A DNA stretch of 64,000 bases from Parcubacteria group bacterium Gr01-1014_13 (lineage in GTDB: Bacteria; Patescibacteriota; Patescibacteriia; Magasanikbacterales; GWA2-37-8), in NCBI GenBank assembly GCA_007376295.1, contig VMGB01000003.1, forward strand, positions 7,106 to 71,105. Direction: 5' to 3'. Positions 41,337-52,177 of the stretch are shown here, one piece after another (within the stretch, counting starts at the first letter, position 1; the number at the start of each line of letters is the position of its first letter). The translations under genes were made by a program, and so were the position numbers. Under the pieces are notes generated by a model. The model had not been told where the DNA came from. It saw only the letters and a program-made list of their open reading frames with translations, and made no database searches.

Positions 41337-42686
41337 ATGCAAAAAATACAATCTGTCTTTGCCTGCTCCAACTGCGGCGCTCAATTCCAAAAATGGACTG
41401 GGCGCTGTTTGGAATGTGGTAAATGGGGCACAATTGCGGAAACAAAAATAAAAGCAGAAGCTGAGAATAAAACTGGTACTGGTAATTACGCGCCGATAGA
41501 AATGATTGATCTCAAAAGCATAGATAGTAAAAAATTTGAGCGGCAAAAAACAAACATCGAGGAGTTAGACAGAGTCTTAGGGGGAGGGCTGGTTCCAGGC
41601 TCTCTTATTTTATTGGGCGGCGAACCAGGTATTGGCAAATCTACTTTAGCCCTGCAACTTGCCGCCATAATCCCCCATTCTTTATATATTTCCGGAGAAG
41701 AATCAGCCGAACAAATAAAACTTCGAGCTGAACGACTTAATGTGAAGTCAAACACTTTAAAACTTGGCAATGCCACAGCAATTGAGAATATAATTGAAAC
41801 TATAAAACAAAATAAAGAATGTACTTTGGCAATTGTCGATTCTATACAAACAATTTACGCTGCCGAAGTAGAAGGCGAAGCTGGGAATATAAATCAGGTT
41901 CGGGCCTGCACAGTTAAACTTTTGGAGTTAGCAAAATCTACCGGCAAAACTATTGTACTCATTGGCCAAGTAACAAAAGAAGGCACGGTGGCTGGACCAA
42001 AAACTTTAGAACATTTAGTGGATGCGGTTTTGTATTTGGAAGGAGATAAGTATCACATATTTCGCATCTTACGCGCGGCCAAAAATCGTTTTGGCTCTAC
42101 AGATGAAATCGGTGTATTTTCCATGGAAAGCCACGGCTTACAAGAAGTAAAAAATCCCTCGGAGGCATTTTTGGCCGGACGTGGCGAACCCGTTCCAGGA
42201 TCTACTATCACCTGTTTAATGGAAGGTAGCCGTCCAGTACTCGTAGAAATTCAAGCACTGGTAACGAAAACAAATTTCGGCTATCCACAAAGACGGGCTT
42301 CTGGATTTGATTTAAACCGCTTGCAGGTCCTTGTTGGCGTACTATCAAAACGAGCTGATTTACCACTTGATGCTTATGATATTTTTCTCAACGTGGTCGG
42401 CGGACTAGAAGCCAGCGAACCAGCCGCAGACTTGGCTGTGGTTTTAGCTTTAGCTTCAGCTCTAAAAAACAAAACAATCTCCAAAAACATCGCTTCCTTT
42501 GGCGAAGTTGGGTTAGGCGGCGAAATTAGACCTGTTTCCCAAACCGAAAAAAGATTAAATGAAATTAAAAAAATGGGATTTGCTTTCGCTGTTATCCCCT
42601 CTGCCAAAAATCCAACCAAGGTATCGGATATAAAAATTGCTTCAGTAAAAAATGTAAAAGAATTAGTGGAACAAATTTTAAAGTAA
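41337..42686 (+). CDS. radA: DNA repair protein RadA (Sms)
   Basis: N-terminal C4 zinc finger. RecA-like GGEPGIGKSTL. Lon-like C-terminus. Confidence 0.9.
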   Translation: MQKIQSVFACSNCGAQFQKWTGRCLECGKWGTIAETKIKAEAENKTGTGNYAPIEMIDLKSIDSKKFERQKTNIEELDRVLGGGLVPGSLILLGGEPGIGKSTLALQLAAIIPHSLYISGEESAEQIKLRAERLNVKSNTLKLGNATAIENIIETIKQNKECTLAIVDSIQTIYAAEVEGEAGNINQVRACTVKLLELAKSTGKTIVLIGQVTKEGTVAGPKTLEHLVDAVLYLEGDKYHIFRILRAAKNRFGSTDEIGVFSMESHGLQEVKNPSEAFLAGRGEPVPGSTITCLMEGSRPVLVEIQALVTKTNFGYPQRRASGFDLNRLQVLVGVLSKRADLPLDAYDIFLNVVGGLEASEPAADLAVVLALASALKNKTISKNIASFGEVGLGGEIRPVSQTEKRLNEIKKMGFAFAVIPSAKNPTKVSDIKIASVKNVKELVEQILK

Positions 42687-42690
42687 GCCG

Positions 42691-44760
42691 CTACTCCAAA
42701 TGAACTTGCCCTTCCCAGTCTTTTACTATTTTCATTACTTGCGAGTACTTGTCGGGGTTTAAAACAATAGTTTTTGCCGCTTCCCGTGCTTTGTTTATTA
42801 ATTCCCGATCGCTTAATTTTGCTAACCGCAAATTCATCTCTCCGCTCTGCTCCGTACCATAGACTTCGCCTGGACCGCGTATTTCCAGATCTTTTTGCGC
42901 AAGTTTAAAACCATCGCTATTACTTTCAAAATATTTTAATCTTTCCGATGATTTTTGCGAAGAACTGCTGCTGAACAATAAACAGTACGACTGATGACTT
43001 GAACGCCCCACCCTACCTCTAAATTGGTGTAGTTGAGCCAGACCAAAAGATTCCGCTCCTTCAATCATCATCACGCTAGCGTTGGGAATATCAACTCCAA
43101 CCTCAACGACGGAAGTAGAAACAAGGATATCAATTTTTTTATTCTTGAACTCATCCATGACTTTATCTTTTTCTGTTGGTTTTAATTTGCCATGTAGATA
43201 CCCAACTTTTAAATCAGGAAATACCTTCTGGGAAAGTTTTTCATACTCGCTCAAAACGCTTTTTTTCTCATTGGTTGGGTTAGCCGAATAGTTAATTATT
43301 TCAATTTCAGCTTCATCTTTCTGCTCAATCAAAGAACAGATTACAAATACTTGTCTGCCTAACTTTACTTGGTCATGAATAAATTGATAGGCTTTTTCTC
43401 TTTTGGCAGGTTCCACCATTTTAGTAATAATTTTCTTCCGGCCCGGTGGCATTTCGTTTATAATCGAAACATCCAAATCTCCATAAATCATCAAGGCCAA
43501 CGATCTTGGTATGGGTGTCGCTGTCATGCTTAAAAAATGTGCTCCTAGCCCTTTTTGCTTAATCAATTTTCTTTGTTCCACTCCAAAACGATGCTGTTCA
43601 TCTACTACCACCAGTCCCAATTTGTAAAAGCTTACATTTTCCACTAACAAAGCATGGGTACCTACCACCACATCTATTTTTCCATCATTAATGTCGGCCA
43701 CAATTTCCTTTTTCAATTTTCCAGTCTGGCTACCAGTCAATAATCCGACCCGTATATTTAACTTGCTAAATAGCTTCTGGAGCGACTGGTAATGTTGCTG
43801 GGCCAGTATTTCGGTGGGCGCCATCATCGCTGCCTGATAGCCGTTTAAAAAAGCATTATAGATAGCAATCGCTGCTACGACTGTTTTGCCCGATCCCACA
43901 TCTCCAGAAACCAAACGATTCATTGGTTTAGTTTTAGCAATATCTTGCAAAATTTCCCAAGCAGAAATTTTTTGTGATTTGGTTAAAGTAAACGGCAGTG
44001 AGGAGACAAATTCTTTTATTTTATCCTCCTTAAAAGATATTGGCGGAGCCTGTAAAGTAGATTTTTCTTGTCTGGCAAGTTCGGCTCGAAGCTGAATCAA
44101 AAATAACTCATCAAACTTTAATCTGTCAGTACTTAATTTTAAGTCATTATCGTCAGTAGGAAAGTGTATACCATATAAAGCGCTGGAAAATGGTATCAAA
44201 TCTGCCTGTTCTAAAATATTTGCCGGCAGCCATTCTTTAATTTTTGCCGCCAACCCCATAACATGGCTAATCAAAAAACGAATCTGTTTTTGCGTTAAGC
44301 CGTGGGTCGTTGGATAGATAGGCACTAGGCGCGCCGTATGAGTGGATCCTTCCTTTTTATATTTTTCGTAAATCGGGCTGGTTAATTTTGGCCCCAACAT
44401 ATCGGCTTGCGCTTTACCGGATAAATAAAGAATATCGCCGACATGTATATTTTTTGTTATAAACGGCTGGTTGAACCAAACGATTCGTACCGAACCGCTT
44501 TTATCCGATACAAGCGCTTCGGTAATTGTCTTGCGACTACGAAAACTTTTTTTGCTGGCTATAAGCTCTACCTGGCCGCAGATAGTAACCAGTTCCCCGG
44601 CTTGCAACTGAGCAATGGGAACTATTTTACGATAATCTTCATAACGAAACGGAAAATAATACAATAAATCCTTGGCAGTTTTCACCCCAAGATACTCAAA
44701 TTTTTTAAATGTTTTTTTGCCTACTCCTCCCAGTTCGGCTACTCTAGTTTTAAAGTCCAT
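42691..44760 (-). CDS. recG: ATP-dependent DNA helicase RecG
   Basis: Wedge domain. Walker A GDVGSGKT. VVDEQHRFG. Confidence 0.9.
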   Translation of the reverse strand: MDFKTRVAELGGVGKKTFKKFEYLGVKTAKDLLYYFPFRYEDYRKIVPIAQLQAGELVTICGQVELIASKKSFRSRKTITEALVSDKSGSVRIVWFNQPFITKNIHVGDILYLSGKAQADMLGPKLTSPIYEKYKKEGSTHTARLVPIYPTTHGLTQKQIRFLISHVMGLAAKIKEWLPANILEQADLIPFSSALYGIHFPTDDNDLKLSTDRLKFDELFLIQLRAELARQEKSTLQAPPISFKEDKIKEFVSSLPFTLTKSQKISAWEILQDIAKTKPMNRLVSGDVGSGKTVVAAIAIYNAFLNGYQAAMMAPTEILAQQHYQSLQKLFSKLNIRVGLLTGSQTGKLKKEIVADINDGKIDVVVGTHALLVENVSFYKLGLVVVDEQHRFGVEQRKLIKQKGLGAHFLSMTATPIPRSLALMIYGDLDVSIINEMPPGRKKIITKMVEPAKREKAYQFIHDQVKLGRQVFVICSLIEQKDEAEIEIINYSANPTNEKKSVLSEYEKLSQKVFPDLKVGYLHGKLKPTEKDKVMDEFKNKKIDILVSTSVVEVGVDIPNASVMMIEGAESFGLAQLHQFRGRVGRSSHQSYCLLFSSSSSQKSSERLKYFESNSDGFKLAQKDLEIRGPGEVYGTEQSGEMNLRLAKLSDRELINKAREAAKTIVLNPDKYSQVMKIVKDWEGQVHLE

Positions 44761-44791
44761 AAACAGGAGAAGAAAAGAAGATAGATTTTAT

Positions 44792-46513
44792 TTACTCAAT
44801 CACCCTAAACACTTCTTCAGCCGTGGTAATCTTGTCTAGCGCTTTTAGCAACCCGTCTTGTACCATAGTTACCATTCCACCTTTCACTGCCAATTCTTGG
44901 ATAACATATTCGGACACTTCGCTACTTAGGATTGCTTGTTCAATTTCTTTGTTCATTATAAAAATTTCGTAAATACCGACTCTACCTTTGTAGCCCAAAC
45001 CACTGCACTGGTCACAGCCTTTACCGCGGAAAAATTTAAGCTTCTTTAGGTCAACATTCTTCTTTTCCGCTTCTGGCAGAGTTTCCAGGCTTTTTATTAT
45101 CCGCTCCATATTTTCCGGAGTATATTCCTCTTGGCAATGTTCGCAAATTTTGCGCACTAATCTTTGGCCAATTACTGAATTTAAAGCCGGTGCCAACAAA
45201 AATGGTTTTACTCCCATAGAAAGAAAACGCGGTATAGTACCCGAAGCGCTGTTGGTATGGATAGTAGATAAAATTAAATGTCCGGTAAGAGCAGATTGAA
45301 TAGCGATCTCAGCTGTTTCCAAATCGCGGATTTCGCCCACCATACAAATATCCGGATCCTGACGCAAGAGACTGCGCAAACCTTTGGCAAAAGTATAATC
45401 ATGACTGGAATCTACCTGGCTTTGATTGATGCCTTCCATTTTAATTTCTACCGGATCTTCTAAGGTAATAATTTTTACACCTGGCTTGTTCAAAGTGCGC
45501 AAAACCGCATACATGGTAGTAGTTTTTCCGCTTCCAGTCGGACCAGTAGTAATTATCATGCCATTTGGTCTGGAGATTTCTTTTTTTAATTTTTCGTAAG
45601 CATCGCCACGCAGACCCAGCTCATCAAAGGTAACGCCTTTGCTACCGCTATGCAAAATTCTCATTACCACGCTTTCTCCATATATCGTCGGCATAGTGGA
45701 AACACGCACGTCCAAACTGCTTGAAGACAATTTTAAAGTCACGCGGCCGTCTTGAGGCCGATCAGTTATATTTATCTTTAACGCTGCCAATAACTTGATG
45801 CGTGAAACAAATTTTTTCCATTGTTCTTTAGGCAAACTGGCTACATCATGTAAAACACCATCGATACGATACCGCACTACAATGCCATTTTCTTCGGCTT
45901 CCACATGGATATCGGACGAGTTTACCTTTAAAGCCGAGGCTATAATTAAAGTAAGGATGTCACTAATAGATACATCCAAAAATTGTTTTTCCAAACTTCT
46001 GAAGTCTATTACGTCTGCTTTGAATTTCTCTAATTCCGCATCGGTAATATTAATGTCTTTACTGACAGGTTTGACATTAGGCAAGTTGGCGTATAACTTG
46101 ATTGCTTTAGTAAAACTGTTTTCGGAAATTAAATAAACCTGGGCGTTAGCGTGATGTTTTTCTCCAAACTGATAGGCTAATTCTTTAATTTCGTCGTTAT
46201 ATTCTACACACCCAATCCTCATATCTTCACCCACACTAAAAAAGCAGATAATTTTTTTATCTCTGGCCAATTCTTCGGGAATTATCCGCAAGGCTTCGGC
46301 TGCAATGGGAATACCTGTTAAATCTATATGCTGTAAACCAAGCGCGGATGCTTGCTTAACGACCAACCCTTCCTTAGTCTTTAAATCAATCTCATGAATT
46401 TTTTTGGCAAATTTTTCTTCAGCATCTTGATTTGTGCCGACTCCTTGTGGGGCAGCAGCTGGTTTTTTGCCAGATTTACCAAGCAAACTGTTTATAGAAG
46501 GAAAATCACTCAT
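44792..46513 (-). CDS. pilB: Type II secretion/type IV pilus assembly ATPase (GspE/PilB family)
   Basis: N-terminal GSPII domain. Walker A GPTGSGKTTT. Tetracysteine motif CxxC...CxxC. Confidence 0.85.
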   Translation of the reverse strand: MSDFPSINSLLGKSGKKPAAAPQGVGTNQDAEEKFAKKIHEIDLKTKEGLVVKQASALGLQHIDLTGIPIAAEALRIIPEELARDKKIICFFSVGEDMRIGCVEYNDEIKELAYQFGEKHHANAQVYLISENSFTKAIKLYANLPNVKPVSKDINITDAELEKFKADVIDFRSLEKQFLDVSISDILTLIIASALKVNSSDIHVEAEENGIVVRYRIDGVLHDVASLPKEQWKKFVSRIKLLAALKINITDRPQDGRVTLKLSSSSLDVRVSTMPTIYGESVVMRILHSGSKGVTFDELGLRGDAYEKLKKEISRPNGMIITTGPTGSGKTTTMYAVLRTLNKPGVKIITLEDPVEIKMEGINQSQVDSSHDYTFAKGLRSLLRQDPDICMVGEIRDLETAEIAIQSALTGHLILSTIHTNSASGTIPRFLSMGVKPFLLAPALNSVIGQRLVRKICEHCQEEYTPENMERIIKSLETLPEAEKKNVDLKKLKFFRGKGCDQCSGLGYKGRVGIYEIFIMNKEIEQAILSSEVSEYVIQELAVKGGMVTMVQDGLLKALDKITTAEEVFRVIE

Positions 46514-46522
46514 AGGGGCTCA

Positions 46523-47488
46523 TTATTTGCTAAACATGTGTTTGAAGAAATGAATCAGACGACTAGCAATGCCCTCCTTATGCATTTTCATAAATAAAAA
46601 TACCCAAGCGCTAGTTGTATAGGCATTGAAAAACCCGGCGATAATAACGATAAACACTAGCCATAAAAAAACTCCCAAACCAAACCCGAGACTTGCCAAA
46701 ACTAACGTATTAGTAATTCCAGCCGCCAACCAAAATAGTATGGCTGGCAAAAAGGCAAAAAATGCACCCACGGCAATAGCAATTACTAATAAACAATTGA
46801 GTAGCATCAATAAAAATCCCACTTCCAAAGATACCAACGTGTGCTCCGAAAATATATTCCAAGCTTTGGCAGTGGCAGCTCGCACTCCTTTGCCGTCTAT
46901 TACTAACGAGCACAGGGTGTAAATAGAAATAATAGAAATAAATAAAGACAAAAATAATATTACTACTAAGCTAAGAGCTAGAACAAAACCTTGCGGTAAA
47001 TTTTGAGAAAAAATAAAATAATTTAAAGTCACCCCAAATACTGCCAATGACAAAACTAGCAAAACTTTCCGGATTACATTTATTAAAAAAATACTCCAAA
47101 AATGTTTCAGGCTCCGGCCCCATGGCTTGGATAATTTTTGATGTTTTTTTGATTTAAACCAGTCGGCAGCATAGGAAATCAAAGCGCCTTGGGAAGTAAC
47201 GGCCAAAAAAATAAAAAATATCACCAGAGACAAAAAAATTCCCACCAACCAAACAACACCCAATGTACTCCAAATATCACCAGACCAATTTAATTTAAAT
47301 GTAGGCCATAAAAAATTCCATTGTCCGCTGGCGCTAACATCGGTCATAGACCAGATTTTCCCAAAAATATCGCTAAACCCAAACTGTCCCAACAAAACCG
47401 AAAATAGCCCCAAAACCCATAAGGACTTATTGTGCCAAACAACATCCCAAGCATGACTAAGGGTTTGACGATAAGTTGGCTCCTTCAT
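46523..47488 (-). CDS. Hypothetical polytopic membrane protein
   Basis: Six to seven TM helices. Confidence 0.4.
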   Translation of the reverse strand: MKEPTYRQTLSHAWDVVWHNKSLWVLGLFSVLLGQFGFSDIFGKIWSMTDVSASGQWNFLWPTFKLNWSGDIWSTLGVVWLVGIFLSLVIFFIFLAVTSQGALISYAADWFKSKKHQKLSKPWGRSLKHFWSIFLINVIRKVLLVLSLAVFGVTLNYFIFSQNLPQGFVLALSLVVILFLSLFISIISIYTLCSLVIDGKGVRAATAKAWNIFSEHTLVSLEVGFLLMLLNCLLVIAIAVGAFFAFLPAILFWLAAGITNTLVLASLGFGLGVFLWLVFIVIIAGFFNAYTTSAWVFLFMKMHKEGIASRLIHFFKHMFSK

Positions 47489-47588
47489 AAATAGAGATGG
47501 TAAAAATTACTTATATATTATAGCACAAATTAATGAAATACTAAAAAAGACCCCATTTAAGAGGTCCTTTTCTAAAAAATAATTATTA

Positions 47589-49421
47589 TTATGCTCTTGA
47601 TCCCAGTATTCGCTCAATATCTTCCTGTTCAATAGTCTCTTTTACCATCAATTCCTTGACCATATCTTCCAACTGAGGACGGTGGCTATCTACAACTTCT
47701 CTGGCTCGTTTTTCGGCTTCAGCCAAGAAGTTACCCACCTCTTTATCTATAGCTTCGGCAGTTTTTTCACTATAATCTTTTTGGTCGGCTTTTCCCCCGC
47801 CCAAGAAAACCATTTCTGGGTGATCGCCAAAAGTACGTGTACCCAAAGCACTCATACCATAACGTGTTACCATGGCTTGAGCAACCTCAGTGGCATTTTT
47901 TAAGTCAGATGATGGTCCGGTGGAAATCATATCATCACCAAAAATTATTTTTTCCACCACATAACCGCCAAGCATCATAGCCAATTCATCTCTAAATTGG
48001 GCCAAAGTATGATAATGCTTGTCTTCGGTCGGCATCTTTAAAGTATAGCCGCCGGCGCTGCCGCGAGATATTACTGAAACTTTGCGGACTGGGTCGCAAT
48101 GAATAGAGTAATGACCAACTATAGCGTGTCCAGCTTCGTGATAAGCGGTAATTTTCTTTTCATGATCGCTGATAATGCGATTTTTTCTTTCCGGACCAAG
48201 CAAAACTTTCTCAATACTTTCCAAAATTTCCAGTTCACCAACTTTTTTTAGTCCGCGACGGACAGTTAAGATGGCGGCTTCATTAAGTAAGTTGGCTAAA
48301 TCAGCTCCGGAAAATCCAGGGGTGCGTTCAGCAATTTTACGCAAGGAAACAGTTGACTCCAGCGGTTTGTTTTTGGCATGAATACCCAAAATTTCTTCAC
48401 GGTCTTTAATATCTGGTAAATCCAAAGTTACGCGTCTATCAAAACGGCCTGGTCTTAGCAAGGCAGGATCAAGCACATCTGGACGGTTGGTAGCAGCTAC
48501 CACGATTACTCCCAAGTTAGGATCAAAACCATCCATCTCAACTAAAATTTGATTTAAAGTCTGTTCTCTTTCATCATGACCTCCGCCCATACCAGCTCCT
48601 CGGCGTCTACCCACAGCATCAATTTCATCTATAAACACAATTGCCGGAGCTTCTTTTTTTGCTTTATTAAAAAGATCGCGTACGCGTGAAGCACCCACAC
48701 CCACAAACATTTCCACAAATTCAGAACCGGACATATTGAAAAACGGCACGTTGGCTTCTCCGGCCACAGCTCTGGCGAGTAAAGTCTTTCCAGTACCCGG
48801 ACTGCCTACGAGTAGTACTCCCTTAGGAATTTTTGCTCCCATTTCAGTAAACTTTTTTGGATCTTTAAGGAAATCAACTACTTCTACTAACTCTTGTTTG
48901 GATTCTTTTGCTCCGGCCACATCAGCAAAAGTTTTTTTGTTTTTATCATCGGGAGTGGTTTGGCGAGGATTGCTTTGGCCAAAGCCCATTGCTTTGCTGT
49001 TCATTCCTTGCACGCCACGAGTCATGAAATAGAAGAATAAAATAAAGATAGCTAAAGGCAATAATACCGGAAGTAAATTACCAGCCCAAAACTTCAAAGA
49101 ACTTTCGCCTTTTACTTCTACAGATAGCTGTTTAAGAGAAGCGTCTGTAATTCCATAGTTTTTTACAATATCGCCAAAAGTGCCATTTGGCTCTTTTTGC
49201 ACTTTCTGCAATTTGGCCTTTTCATCCTTTAGCTGCAAGCTTAGGCTGTCGCCTTGAATGATAACCTTTTTCACCTGTCCGGCATTAATTTCCTCTACCA
49301 TTTTGCTGATACTGACGGTTTCAGGGCCTTTATTTTGTTCATTTTTTACCAACCCCAAGATACCTGCTATTACAAATAGGGCTACAAAAACGATAATAAA
49401 ATTCTTTAAGAAATGACGCAT
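47589..49421 (-). CDS. ftsH: ATP-dependent zinc metalloprotease FtsH
   Basis: AAA+ module [11 protein letters not shown] and HEAGHAIV. Confidence 0.95.
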   Translation of the reverse strand: MRHFLKNFIIVFVALFVIAGILGLVKNEQNKGPETVSISKMVEEINAGQVKKVIIQGDSLSLQLKDEKAKLQKVQKEPNGTFGDIVKNYGITDASLKQLSVEVKGESSLKFWAGNLLPVLLPLAIFILFFYFMTRGVQGMNSKAMGFGQSNPRQTTPDDKNKKTFADVAGAKESKQELVEVVDFLKDPKKFTEMGAKIPKGVLLVGSPGTGKTLLARAVAGEANVPFFNMSGSEFVEMFVGVGASRVRDLFNKAKKEAPAIVFIDEIDAVGRRRGAGMGGGHDEREQTLNQILVEMDGFDPNLGVIVVAATNRPDVLDPALLRPGRFDRRVTLDLPDIKDREEILGIHAKNKPLESTVSLRKIAERTPGFSGADLANLLNEAAILTVRRGLKKVGELEILESIEKVLLGPERKNRIISDHEKKITAYHEAGHAIVGHYSIHCDPVRKVSVISRGSAGGYTLKMPTEDKHYHTLAQFRDELAMMLGGYVVEKIIFGDDMISTGPSSDLKNATEVAQAMVTRYGMSALGTRTFGDHPEMVFLGGGKADQKDYSEKTAEAIDKEVGNFLAEAEKRAREVVDSHRPQLEDMVKELMVKETIEQEDIERILGSRA

Positions 49422-49565
49422 ATATTACGATGGTTAACTTAATATCTTACAGTTCATAAAATATACCCTATTTTTCACAAAAAAGCAAGGGGTTGGGCTT
49501 AAATGCCGGTTATAAAAATATCCCGCCCCACATAACTGTGAGACGGGACGAAACGAACCGATAGA

Positions 49566-50183
49566 TCAAGCGCCCACTGGCTTCTCGCTGATGAAACCGA
49601 ACAAGGAGTCATTTCTACAGTTAATGCCATGCCGGACCGAACGGTAGTCCAGGTGTCGATAGTCTGGATAACCGTAGAGATGGAACACATTGCCGTGCCG
49701 TACGGAGCCGAGCGCCACGATTGGCGCTTGCCGTTGTTCCTCAGGATACTGGATGCCAATAGCGTGGATGTGCTTGGGCATGATGGGCTTCTTATCACCA
49801 TTCCCCTTGGCCCACGCGAGTATCTCATCGTAAGATGGACTCCGGTCAAACTGATACAAATCAACACTCATCGACTCAGCCAAGTCAGCCTCGTCGTCGA
49901 CAAACAGTGTGATAATACGTTTGTCGCAGGTATCATACTTGCCAAGCTTGATGGCGTGCTTGTGCGACCTCACATTGTTTGATTTGAGATCAAGTGTCTT
50001 GACTAGGGTACCGACTATGGGTGGTTCCGGTACCGGCCGTCTAGGCAAGGGGGGCTCCTTTGGCTCTACGATGATACCGCACTCACCGCTGAGTACTGCT
50101 CGCGCAACCTTATCGCCACCAATAATATTTATAAGCGCCTCGATCTGGCCGAGTTTCCAATCGCCATATTTCGCCATCTGCGT
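49566..50183 (-). CDS. High-GC hypothetical protein (about 205 aa)
   Basis: Clean ORF with AGGAG RBS. GC is visibly above the flanks. No motif recognised. Confidence 0.4.
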   Translation of the reverse strand, partial: TQMAKYGDWKLGQIEALINIIGGDKVARAVLSGECGIIVEPKEPPLPRRPVPEPPIVGTLVKTLDLKSNNVRSHKHAIKLGKYDTCDKRIITLFVDDEADLAESMSVDLYQFDRSPSYDEILAWAKGNGDKKPIMPKHIHAIGIQYPEEQRQAPIVALGSVRHGNVFHLYGYPDYRHLDYRSVRHGINCRNDSLFGFISEKPVGA

Positions 50184-50310
50184 TCTCCTTCTGGACTGAA
50201 AGCCCAAAAAGCATTTTGCCCCTGCCCGGGACCTAGGTCTTCTCTCATGAGAAGAACGTATACATATACTCGTTATTTTAAATTCTGTCAAGAAACACAC
50301 CAAAAACAAA

Positions 50311-50348
50311 ACATCCCCAGACATTATGTCTAAGGGATGTTTTTTATA
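50311..50348 (-). terminator. rpsA terminator hairpin + T-run
   Basis: CATCCCCAGACAT..ATGTCTAAGGGATG with T-runs. Confidence 0.55.
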
Positions 50349-50354
50349 CTGTTT

Positions 50355-51557
50355 TTACTTAGCCTCTTCAGCCTTATCTTCTTTTTCTTTCTTTTTTTCC
50401 TTTTTACCTTCTTCAGCTTCTTCGGTTTTTTCCGCTTTTTTAACCTTACCCTTTACACCATAGAGTCTTAGACCCAAGCGGTGCTCTGGTGGTTCCAAAG
50501 AAACGATTTCGAAGTCGGTAGTTTGTCCAATTTTAAATTTATCAGCAATGTTTCCAGAAGCGTCATCGGTGAGCTCGGAAATATGAGCCAAACCGTGAAT
50601 ATCTTTGTCCAGCGCTACCATTAAACCAAACGGTTCAATCTTCAAGATTTTTCCGGCAACTTTGTCGCCAACCTTATATTTGTCTTTAACCAATTTCCAA
50701 GGATCATCTACCAAACGTTTGATGGACAAATAAATCTTTGATCTGTCCAACTGGATAATTTGAGCTTTGATCTTGTCGCCAACTTTCAAAATATCTTTTG
50801 GATGATCAATACGTTGCCAAGCGATTTCGGAAATATGTACCAAACCTTCCAAGTCCTGGCCAAATTTCACAAAAGCGCCGAAGGAAGTAAGGGCGCTGAT
50901 TTCGCCTTCCACCACATCGCCGATTTTGTATGATTCCAAAACTGCTTTCTGAGCATCTTCCCAAACTGCTTTTTCAGAAACAATTAATTTTTCTTCTTTT
51001 TGATTTACATCAATTACTTTCACTTCTATTTCTTGATTGATCAATTCGCGCAATTTTTCTAAAATACGATTTTTATCGCCGCCCATAACACGCGGATAGT
51101 GTTCTGGATTCAATTGAGAAACTGGCACGAAACCAGCAAGTCCTTCCAACTGCACCATCAGACCGCCTTTGTTAGCAGAAAGTACTTTTGCTTTAATAGT
51201 CATGTTGTCTTGCATCCACTTGCGGACATTATCCCAAGCGCGGGCAAATCCGGCAATGCGGAAAGATAATTCCATTTCGCCGTTTTCATTTTCTAATTCT
51301 AAAACTGTAGCTTCGACTTCGTTGTCAACTTTTAAACTGCCATATTCTTTGGCTTCGGCAAACAATTCGCGGCCGCGTACGACACCAACTGTAAGTCCTT
51401 CGATGTCTACGTGCACTTCACCCTTGTCTATAGAAATAATTTTACACTTTACTACATCGCCAACTTTAGGGATGGTAAGAGCATAAGAAGCAAACAGGGT
51501 TTTAAAATCCTGTCCGCCAGAAGATTTTTCTTCGTCTAATTTTTCGTTCTTGGTCAT
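50355..51557 (-). CDS. rpsA: 30S ribosomal protein S1 (four S1 domains, K/E-rich tail)
   Basis: Repeated S1 motifs. Confidence 0.85.
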   Translation of the reverse strand: MTKNEKLDEEKSSGGQDFKTLFASYALTIPKVGDVVKCKIISIDKGEVHVDIEGLTVGVVRGRELFAEAKEYGSLKVDNEVEATVLELENENGEMELSFRIAGFARAWDNVRKWMQDNMTIKAKVLSANKGGLMVQLEGLAGFVPVSQLNPEHYPRVMGGDKNRILEKLRELINQEIEVKVIDVNQKEEKLIVSEKAVWEDAQKAVLESYKIGDVVEGEISALTSFGAFVKFGQDLEGLVHISEIAWQRIDHPKDILKVGDKIKAQIIQLDRSKIYLSIKRLVDDPWKLVKDKYKVGDKVAGKILKIEPFGLMVALDKDIHGLAHISELTDDASGNIADKFKIGQTTDFEIVSLEPPEHRLGLRLYGVKGKVKKAEKTEEAEEGKKEKKKEKEDKAEEAK

Positions 51558-51747
51558 ACAACAAAAAAATTTTCCTTATCCTCTCCCGAATCATAGTCGG
51601 GCGAAGGTTCTCTCCTCTAAATTGGGAGAAATTAAATATTTTATTTGTCAGCTCCTTAAATTCCGCCGAGGCGGATCCCGATTTAATCGGGAAAATTTAC
51701 TGGGTTCAGTATACTATATATTTTACACGGTGTCAATGGTAGGTTAA

Positions 51748-51780
51748 AAAAACTGCCCCGAAAACGGAGGCAGCGGCTAA
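51748..51780 (-). terminator. Hairpin CTGCCTCCG..CGGGGCAG + T7 (minus strand)
   Basis: Read directly. Confidence 0.5.
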
Positions 51781-51786
51781 AAACCA

Positions 51787-52053
51787 CTATTTTAACTTCT
51801 CTCTCAACTTATCAATCTTGTCATTTATACGAAACCGTTCTTCTTCCAAAAAATGTCTATGCTCCATAGTTAGATACCGCCTTAAGTGCGGTGGTAAATT
51901 TAGATACTCACTTACCTCGCGCTCGTCTTGCTCTAATTTTTCTAACCGGCAGTGTCTCGCCCATCTAATTACTACTGGCGTGAAAAGTAATACCATAGCA
52001 AAAGTAGGGGCTATGACAAAGAAAAAAACTTGCAGACCAATGAATTTTCTCAT
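51787..52053 (-). CDS. Small single-TM protein (88 aa), first member of the paralog array
   Basis: ORF with AAGGAGG RBS and its own promoter. Confidence 0.4.
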   Translation of the reverse strand: MRKFIGLQVFFFVIAPTFAMVLLFTPVVIRWARHCRLEKLEQDEREVSEYLNLPPHLRRYLTMEHRHFLEEERFRINDKIDKLREKLK

Positions 52054-52080
52054 TGCTTCCTCCTTCTTTGTCTAGACTTT

Positions 52081-52110
52081 ATTATTACCAGACCAAGACC
52101 AAAAAGTCAA
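52081..52110 (-). promoter_or_regulatory. Promoter TTGACT-17-TAATAA(T) on the minus strand. The same module recurs upstream of each array gene.
   Basis: Read directly. Analogous copies are at about 53253-53282 and 52745-52775. Confidence 0.55.
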
Positions 52111-52117
52111 TATAATG

Positions 52118-52150
52118 AATAAAAAAACTGTCCCGGGGTCGGGACAGCGA
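52118..52150 (-). terminator. Perfect 8-bp hairpin CTGTCCCG-GGGT-CGGGACAG + A7/T7. Repeated at 53296-53316 and 53688-53708.
   Basis: Read directly. Confidence 0.6.
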
Positions 52151-52177
52151 AGACAAAATTTATTTTTTGACACTCTT

